A stretch of 64,000 nt of DNA from an uncultured Pseudomonadota bacterium. GTDB taxonomy: Bacteria; Pseudomonadota; Alphaproteobacteria; Rs-D84. The notes beneath the pieces are model-generated. The model had not been told where the DNA came from and searched no databases. It saw only the letters and a list, made by a program, of their open reading frames with translations. Where the stretch lies: the NCBI GenBank assembly GCA_949283535.1, contig CASDTC010000001.1, forward strand, positions 8,540 through 72,539. Direction: 5' to 3'. Numbering within the stretch: the stretch's first letter is position 1; every line of letters starts with the position of its first letter. A program made the position numbers and the translations under genes. This document shows positions 58,471 through 64,000 of this stretch, piece by piece.

Positions 58471-59199
58471 TTACATAACGAAATCTTCGCCCAGATAGAC
58501 CTTTTTCACCATTTCGTCTTTGACTATTTCAGCGGTTGTGCCATGTTTTAATATTCTGCCATCATGCAATACATAACTGCGGTCTGTAATACCCAAAGTT
58601 TCGCGTACATTGTGATCGGTGATTATAACGCCCAGTCCGCGGTTCTTTAACTGTGATACCAGACTGCGGATTTCATTTACCGCAATTGGGTCAATCCCAG
58701 CGAATGGTTCGTCCAGCAATATAAATTTTGGGTCGTTTGCCAATGCGCGTGCAATTTCAACGCGTCTGCGTTCCCCGCCAGACAGGGCGGTCGCCGGACT
58801 GCGTCGCAGGGCAGATATTGAAAATTCGTCTAGTAATGCGTCCAGTTTTTTTTGACGCTTTTTCTTGCTGGGTTCAACCACTTCCAGAATTGCCATAATA
58901 TTTTGTTCAACGGTCAGACCACGAAAAACGCTGTTTTCTTGGGGCAGATATCCGATATGCAATCGGGCCCGTTGATAAAATGGCAGGTGTGTTATATCCT
59001 GGGAATTTAAAAATATTTGTCCGCCTGTTGCGCTTAACTGACCGGTTATACAATAAAATGCGGTTGTTTTGCCCGCGCCATTTGGTCCCAACAGACCAAC
59101 CGATTCGCCCTGGTGCGCTTCCATCGATATGTCTTTGATGACCATGCGCTTGCCATATGATTTTGATAAATGTTGTATGCGTAATACAGATTGTTTCAT
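58471..59199 (-). CDS. lptB: LPS export ABC transporter ATP-binding protein LptB
   Basis: Walker A GPNGAGKTT, signature LSGGERRRVEIARAL, Walker B ILLDEPFAGIDP. Confidence 0.95.
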   Translation of the reverse strand: MKQSVLRIQHLSKSYGKRMVIKDISMEAHQGESVGLLGPNGAGKTTAFYCITGQLSATGGQIFLNSQDITHLPFYQRARLHIGYLPQENSVFRGLTVEQNIMAILEVVEPSKKKRQKKLDALLDEFSISALRRSPATALSGGERRRVEIARALANDPKFILLDEPFAGIDPIAVNEIRSLVSQLKNRGLGVIITDHNVRETLGITDRSYVLHDGRILKHGTTAEIVKDEMVKKVYLGEDFVM

Positions 59200-59711
59200 A
59201 ATTTTATCACCAATTCTTGTGTTCTGACCTTGTCACCATTACTGGAATCAACGCGTACATTGCCGCTTAAAGTAATAGTCTTTGTTCGGCGGTTGTATTG
59301 ACCAGTATTTGCAACGATATTATCTGTTATCTGTTGCCCATTGGATTCACGGTTGATTGTGCCTGATACAGTGTCTAAAAATATTATATCTGGTTTATCG
59401 TATTCTTGGCGACCGCTGGCGGCATGAATTTTAAATGGTTTACCATTTGTATCTGTGCCGGCAAACGATGCATTTGACATCTTAAATTGATTACTGACAA
59501 TATCTGTCATATTTATTGCAGATATTGGGGTCCATAATAATTGGCGCGTAAATAATGATCCCGCAATTAGTGCGGCAACCATTACCAAGCCCCAACCAGT
59601 AAAGAAAAATTGCCACAGACGCTTTAAGCGTTTGTGTTTTGTAAATATTATAAAATTTCGTTTATCGCGTTGCACGGGTACTAGTGTAGCGCGCTGTGCA
59701 GCAAAATGCAA
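59196..59711 (-). CDS. lptC: LptC-like periplasmic LPS export protein (non-ATG start, exact start uncertain)
   Basis: A single N-terminal TM (WQFFFTGWGLVMVAALIAGSLF), then an OstA-like beta-jellyroll pattern. ATGA overlap with lptB. Confidence 0.6.
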   Translation of the reverse strand: MHFAAQRATLVPVQRDKRNFIIFTKHKRLKRLWQFFFTGWGLVMVAALIAGSLFTRQLLWTPISAINMTDIVSNQFKMSNASFAGTDTNGKPFKIHAASGRQEYDKPDIIFLDTVSGTINRESNGQQITDNIVANTGQYNRRTKTITLSGNVRVDSSNGDKVRTQELVIKL

Positions 59712-59762
59712 TTTTTATATTTATTCTGATGTTTTTTTATGTTATAATTCATTCTAAGAGAG

Positions 59763-60572
59763 ATGAAGAAGCTTTTACTATCTTTTTGTAGTGCGATTGT
59801 TTGTATGGTCAGTATGCCTGCCGTGGCGATTACTATTAACAAGGCTGCATCTGTTGCACCACAAGAAACATCCAGTTCCACGGCTGGTTCCAGTTTATTG
59901 CCCACGGTAATAAGTCTGGTTGCAGGGGTTCAACAGTTAAATGCCCAGCAAAAGGCATTAACGGCGGAATGTGTCCCCAGTGCCCAGGAAATCACATTTG
60001 TTGATAATACGATGAAAGAATGGGCAAAAACGGGTGCAATGACCGCGCAAGAGGTACAACAGCGTCTGGGGCGGCGCCCGTGTGCGGCGGCGGTCGGTGG
60101 TTATAATGCGGCGGTACAAATCGCGGTTGGCACAGAAAGTAAGGACGATGTTTGCTATGACTATTTCGCAGGTGATGGGAATAGTGGAATGGTTTGGGCG
60201 GGATTTCCAAAGGTTGGAACCGCAACATATTGCGAAGATGGGTCGTTGTCGTGTTCTGATAGAAAAACATCATCTGATATATATGAATTGTTTAACTTGA
60301 TTACATTTACAGAGGCGGATTATACCGCGTCTGAATTGGCAATGGCAACGCGGTTGATTCAAAAGATTGAAAAGTGTTCAGATGCCCGTTTAAGTGCGAA
60401 AAAACGTCAGATGTGGGGTGAATTTTTGACGGATACAATCAGTAATTTAGGACAGTCAACAAATACTGGTTCGATTATGGAACAAGTCAGCAGTATCACA
60501 AGCGGCGGCGGTGGTGCATTAGGAACATTGGGGTCGTTGGGTTCTTTTGCCGCCCAGGCATTGGGAATGTAA
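59763..60572 (+). CDS. Exported hypothetical protein with C-terminal glycine-zipper-like tail
   Basis: Signal peptide MKKLLLSFCSAIVCMVSMPAVA, 7 Cys, and a C-terminus SGGGGALGTLGSLGSFAAQALGM. Confidence 0.55.
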   Translation: MKKLLLSFCSAIVCMVSMPAVAITINKAASVAPQETSSSTAGSSLLPTVISLVAGVQQLNAQQKALTAECVPSAQEITFVDNTMKEWAKTGAMTAQEVQQRLGRRPCAAAVGGYNAAVQIAVGTESKDDVCYDYFAGDGNSGMVWAGFPKVGTATYCEDGSLSCSDRKTSSDIYELFNLITFTEADYTASELAMATRLIQKIEKCSDARLSAKKRQMWGEFLTDTISNLGQSTNTGSIMEQVSSITSGGGGALGTLGSLGSFAAQALGM

Positions 60573-60661
60573 GGCATCAGTCAATATGTGGGTGATGCTT
60601 TTTCGCTTTACTCATATATCGAAAAATCGTATAATACAGGTGATTATAAAAAGGAATTTTT

Positions 60662-62239
60662 ATGAAAAATAATTCTGGTGTATCGACATGGATAATTTCA
60701 CGCATGATTGCACTTGTGGCAGTTGCGGGATTGGCGGCATGCGCGGGCAGTGGTGATAACGAAATGTATGCCCCGGTTGCAACACCAACCGTTGATTATG
60801 TTGAATCGTTAGATGTTTATTCGGCACCACACCAGGATTCTTTTTTAAATCAACTGGCAATGAATTATCGTTCATATGCAATATATAATGCACGGACCAG
60901 TGGGTATCCAGAAATGGGTGAATTGTTCGCACAAAAGGCGGTCGCCGCATTTTCGGGTGAATTGCCATTCCCAGAAAGTCTGGATAATTGGCCGGTTGCC
61001 GATGAACAAGAATCATTCGAATTATATACGGCGTATAATGAATTAATGGACCAGTTGGTAAATGATGCCAGTATGACAAATCCACAATTGGCAGCAGAGG
61101 CGCAGGCAAAATTTGATTGCTGGTTGTCGGCGTCTGCCAGTGGTCAGGCGGGAACAGCAAATGAATGTCGGGATAGATTTTATAAAACAATGACGGCGTT
61201 GCGTGATTGTACGGGTGGAAAAATTGTAAATACCGCAAAGACGGAAACAACCACCAAAACCACCAAAACAACAATTAATGCCAATGGTGAGACATTTGTT
61301 GCGGTTGAAAGACAGTCAACCCCAGCCGCACAGGCATATTATCCAGATACGCGTAATATGTCGGCAATGAGTGGAACCAAGGCGCGTGAAGGTGTTATTA
61401 TCGTTAATAATGTTAATGTCCCAGAACACTTGATTAATCCAGTGCCCGTTCAGCCGATGGTATTTAATCAAAATATTTATGGTGGTGATAAAACCATGAC
61501 GGACAGTAATAATGACAGCAGTGTCAGCACGCAATGCACCCGTGAAGGTGATGTGAACTGCCAGATTGCACCAGAAACGGTGGCGGAAACATCGATGGAT
61601 GCCCAATCTGATACAACATCAGAAATACCAATGGTCAGTGATGAATTGGTAACTCGTGAAGAATTTATTAATATGATGATGGCAATGCGCGCAGAATTGG
61701 CGGCGATTAACGCGCGATTGGATGAAATTCAAGCGTCTAAAGATTCTGGTGACAAGACAATTATAAAGGTTCAACAAATTCCATTAGAACCAAAACAACA
61801 TGTTATGGAAGAAATCTTGGAAATCAGATTTGATTTTGACAAGGCAACGGTTAAGCCAGAATATGAAGAATTAATTCGTCAATTGGCAACAGCAACCCAG
61901 GAAAATAAAAATATAAAGGTTTCTGTGGTTGGGCACACTGATACAATGGGGTCAAAAGATTATAATTATTCGTTGGGTGGTCGCCGGGCAGAAGCTGTTC
62001 AAAAAATGTTGATAAAATATGGTATCCCAGCCAGTCAAATTGTTGCGGTTTCTGCGGGTGAAGAAGGGTTAGCGGTTCAGACGGGGGATGGTGTTGCAAA
62101 TGCAGCAAACCGCCGTGTCCGTGTTGTAAAAGAGGTTCATTATACAGAACCTGCAAAACAGGCACCAATTGCGGTTGTTGAAGAATATATTACCCCGGCA
62201 GATACAGGTGTGTGTGGAATGTATGGTTGCACACAATAA
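60662..62239 (+). CDS. OmpA-family lipoprotein
   Basis: Lipobox VAGLAAC. The C-terminal OmpA domain reads VSVVGHTDTMGSKDYNYSLGGRRAEAVQKML..NRRVRVV. Confidence 0.8.
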   Translation: MKNNSGVSTWIISRMIALVAVAGLAACAGSGDNEMYAPVATPTVDYVESLDVYSAPHQDSFLNQLAMNYRSYAIYNARTSGYPEMGELFAQKAVAAFSGELPFPESLDNWPVADEQESFELYTAYNELMDQLVNDASMTNPQLAAEAQAKFDCWLSASASGQAGTANECRDRFYKTMTALRDCTGGKIVNTAKTETTTKTTKTTINANGETFVAVERQSTPAAQAYYPDTRNMSAMSGTKAREGVIIVNNVNVPEHLINPVPVQPMVFNQNIYGGDKTMTDSNNDSSVSTQCTREGDVNCQIAPETVAETSMDAQSDTTSEIPMVSDELVTREEFINMMMAMRAELAAINARLDEIQASKDSGDKTIIKVQQIPLEPKQHVMEEILEIRFDFDKATVKPEYEELIRQLATATQENKNIKVSVVGHTDTMGSKDYNYSLGGRRAEAVQKMLIKYGIPASQIVAVSAGEEGLAVQTGDGVANAANRRVRVVKEVHYTEPAKQAPIAVVEEYITPADTGVCGMYGCTQ

Positions 62240-62242
62240 TAC

Positions 62243-62271
62243 TTGACAAAAAAGAATTATTAGTATATGTT
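62243..62271 (+). promoter_or_regulatory. Candidate sigma70 promoter of the small ORF
   Basis: TTGACA-17 nt-TATGTT. Confidence 0.35.
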
Positions 62272-62310
62272 CTGTTTGTCAGAGAGATGTTTTTGAAAGA
62301 GGCATTGAAT

Positions 62311-62466
62311 ATGACTGATAATATGAATAAGTTTAATAAGGCAACGGTGGTATTGCAGAATAAGGCGCACGGGGCGGGGTATAAAAAAGCTGCGGTTGCG
62401 GTGAATCTGGCGGCTGAATTTATGGCGCGTGGTGTTAATGTTCAGCATGGTCAGAATGAAAAATAA
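62311..62466 (+). CDS. Small hypothetical protein (51 aa)
   Basis: RBS AAGAGG 8 nt upstream, with its own promoter-like element and terminator. Confidence 0.4.
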   Translation: MTDNMNKFNKATVVLQNKAHGAGYKKAAVAVNLAAEFMARGVNVQHGQNEK

Positions 62467-62491
62467 TTAGTTAGATGTAAAATTTATATGA

Positions 62492-62527
62492 ATCACAGGG
62501 GATTGCTTTGTCACCTGTGATTTTTTA
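62492..62527 (+). terminator. Rho-independent terminator
   Basis: tcacagg ..14-nt loop.. cctgtga followed by tttttt. Confidence 0.6.
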
Positions 62528-62652
62528 TATTTTAATATATAAATTGTTGTTTTTGCGTTATATGTTTAAATATATGATTCCTTTCTGCTTTATTTATTTT
62601 TATTATTAATAATAAGTTTGAATTTTAATAATACATATGCAATAATAATTTC

Positions 62653-62799
62653 GCATTGGATGATTACCAGTGCGGGGTGTAAGAACCTCTCACACAAAAC
62701 CTCCACAATTGGTTGGAGGGCTGCGAATATATTGAATAAGCACACTATTCTTGGATAGTTCTTAACCTCCAACCGCCATTCATCACGGCGGTGTTTTTA
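62653..62799 (+). ncRNA. Candidate leader/attenuator or small RNA upstream of the XRE-type gene
   Basis: A promoter-like TTGAAT-17-AATAAT lies at 62618..62646. The sequence ggttggagg (62711..62719) can pair with cctcca (62700..62705) or with cctccaacc (62766..62774). The second pairing overlaps the terminator stem accgcc/ggcggt (62772..62792), which is followed by TTTTT. Confidence 0.3.
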
Positions 62800-62829
62800 T
62801 TAACAATAAAACAAATGGGGGAAAATATT

Positions 62830-63117
62830 ATGCCAGATAACAAACGACAAAAATTAAGACGCGCGATATTGCGTGATGAATTTGATGCATTTATTACCGC
62901 CGGGCAACTGTTAAAGAACGCCCGCAGGATATTAGGTGTTGGTACAGAATTTATATCTAAAAAAATGGGAATTAATTCGCGATTATGGGCGCGGCATGAA
63001 AACGATCGGATAAAAATACCAAATACACTGTTATTAAAAATATTTGTGTTTGGATTATCATTCTGGTGCAACATGCCAGATAATGCCATGCCCCAGCATA
63101 TGGATAAAGATTTATGA
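62830..63117 (+). CDS. XRE/Cro-type helix-turn-helix protein (95 aa)
   Basis: RBS GGGGGA. AGQLLKNARRILGVGTEFISKKMGINSRLWARHENDRIKIP fits the HTH_3 pattern. Confidence 0.6.
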   Translation: MPDNKRQKLRRAILRDEFDAFITAGQLLKNARRILGVGTEFISKKMGINSRLWARHENDRIKIPNTLLLKIFVFGLSFWCNMPDNAMPQHMDKDL

Positions 63118-63153
63118 TATGCGCTTTATCTTATTTTTTGCATATATAATAAT

Positions 63154-63560
63154 CACCCTTGTCATTGCTTCGTTTCACTCGCAATGACAAGAGAGTTTGT
63201 GTTCTATAATGTGTCGCTCGGGTACTTATGTACCCTGTGCGTATCCTCGTATTTGTTCAAACTGCGCTGCCGCTTGTTTTCACATACTCGGATTCATCGC
63301 GAGGGAGCATCACGACCGTGGCGATCCAGTGGGGTGCGATATGTGTCGCGTACGCGACGACATTATTTACTGGATCGCCACGGTCGTTACACTCCCTCGC
63401 GATGACAAGGGTGTATGCATTAACTGGATTGCTTCACTACGCTCGCAATGACAGGGCAGGGAATGGTGTGATAATACAAAAACATATTGCCGCGTTTCAT
63501 TCGCAATGACAAGGGGACATTAACTGGATTACCGCGTATGACAATGGGGATAAACGATAT
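63154..63560. repeat. Cluster of nested palindromic repeat units (CGCAATGACAAGG family)
   Basis: The stretch 63154..63235 is the inverted twin of 22311..22392. Five (T)CGC(A/G)ATGACA(A/G)GG-like units are present, with cattaactggatt direct repeats at 63418 and 63518. Confidence 0.85.
63294..63405. repeat. 112-bp compound palindrome
   Basis: A 14-bp outer stem tcatcgcgagggag/ctccctcgcgatga, a 19-bp stem acgaccgtggcgatccagt/actggatcgccacggtcgt, and an apical perfect palindrome gtcgcgtacgcgac. Confidence 0.9.
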
Positions 63561-63588
63561 CACATTAAATTCATAGAATTTGTTTTAT

Positions 63589-63612
63589 AAAAAATCGCCC
63601 AAATGGGCGATT
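63589..63612 (-). terminator. Rho-independent terminator of secA
   Basis: aaaaaatcgccc-aaat-gggcgatttt read on the minus strand. Confidence 0.8.
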
Positions 63613-64000
63613 TTATTTTAATTTACCATGACAGTGTTTGTATTTTAAACCAGAACCACATGGGCATGGGGCATTGCGGCGCGCTTCGCCAGCTTGGTTT
63701 AATTCAGCGTCATGTTGTGCGCGTTCGCGTTCTGTTTTTGCAACATCTTCGTGGGTTAATTCCATACGACAAATGTATGATACAGACATGATTTTAAAGT
63801 TATTGATTGTATTTTTAAATAAATCTAATGCTTCGCGTTTGTATTCATACAGCGGATTTTTCTGGGCATATCCACGCAGTCCAATCGCGGTTTGCAGGTA
63901 ATCCATTTGTTGCAAGTGCCGTTTCCAAACTGTATCCAATGCCCCCAGCATCATTTGCCGTGATGCCATTTGCATTAATTCTGGTCCATATTTTTCAGCC
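63613..64000 (-). CDS. secA: Preprotein translocase SecA, C-terminal part (continues past the window end)
   Basis: The frame is open to base 64000. LRGYAQKNPLYEYKREA and the terminal zinc motif CPCGSGLKYKHCHGKLK. Confidence 0.9.
   Translation of the reverse strand, partial: AEKYGPELMQMASRQMMLGALDTVWKRHLQQMDYLQTAIGLRGYAQKNPLYEYKREALDLFKNTINNFKIMSVSYICRMELTHEDVAKTERERAQHDAELNQAGEARRNAPCPCGSGLKYKHCHGKLK

Noticed and set aside
60660-61274. A 204-aa minus-strand ORF rich in Pro/His/Trp.
   Set aside because: It is antisense to the OmpA-family lipoprotein gene, which has a lipobox and a clear OmpA_C domain.
63184-63509. Three overlapping plus-strand ORFs (73-93 aa), including one ending ..WIASLRSQ. 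The 79-aa ORF at 8827..9066 contains a related ..AMARDNKK peptide.
   Set aside because: They are translations of the nested palindromic repeats. All three frames are open, there is no RBS, and the same peptides arise wherever the repeat occurs.

Overview
This is an A+T-rich bacterial chromosomal window, and the housekeeping gene set looks alphaproteobacterial. It includes a CcrM-type methyltransferase next to nrdR, carD, rpsF-rpsR-rplI, clpP-clpX, lptC-lptB, polA, pgk, rpsB-tsf, tyrS, clpB and a secA 3' end. A pyruvate:ferredoxin oxidoreductase gene suggests an anaerobic lifestyle. All family calls come from reading motifs in the supplied translations; no database search was possible.

Most genes end in very uniform bidirectional A-run/hairpin/T-run terminators. 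Three tRNAs are present: Ala-TGC, Leu-CAA, and an unusual Leu with an AAG anticodon.

The most unusual content is a dispersed family of cysteine-rich exported proteins that I cannot place in any characterised family.
- Two giant tandem paralogs (1..3591) share a CH[VI]C box and a CEDI[NV]M-stop tail.
- A third, 1043-aa paralog lies at 29399..32530.
- Two small CxxCP/GYY or CGPGYI-module proteins lie at 4172..4951 and 57201..57755, and an orphan fragment sits between two terminators at 18560..18919.

Other accessory items:
- An orphan MotA/ExbB plus coiled-coil MotB/OmpA pair.
- A translationally coupled operon of a Doc-like Fic gene (catalytic His replaced by Gln) and an APH-like kinase gene, inserted between envC-like and ctpA.
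- A thioester alpha-2-macroglobulin/pbpC pair next to a lone serine recombinase.
- An N-domain-less clpB.
- Nested palindromic repeat clusters, including an 81/82-identical inverted pair 41 kb apart.
- Partial 5' duplications at two tRNAs.
- A candidate attenuator or sRNA upstream of an XRE-type gene.
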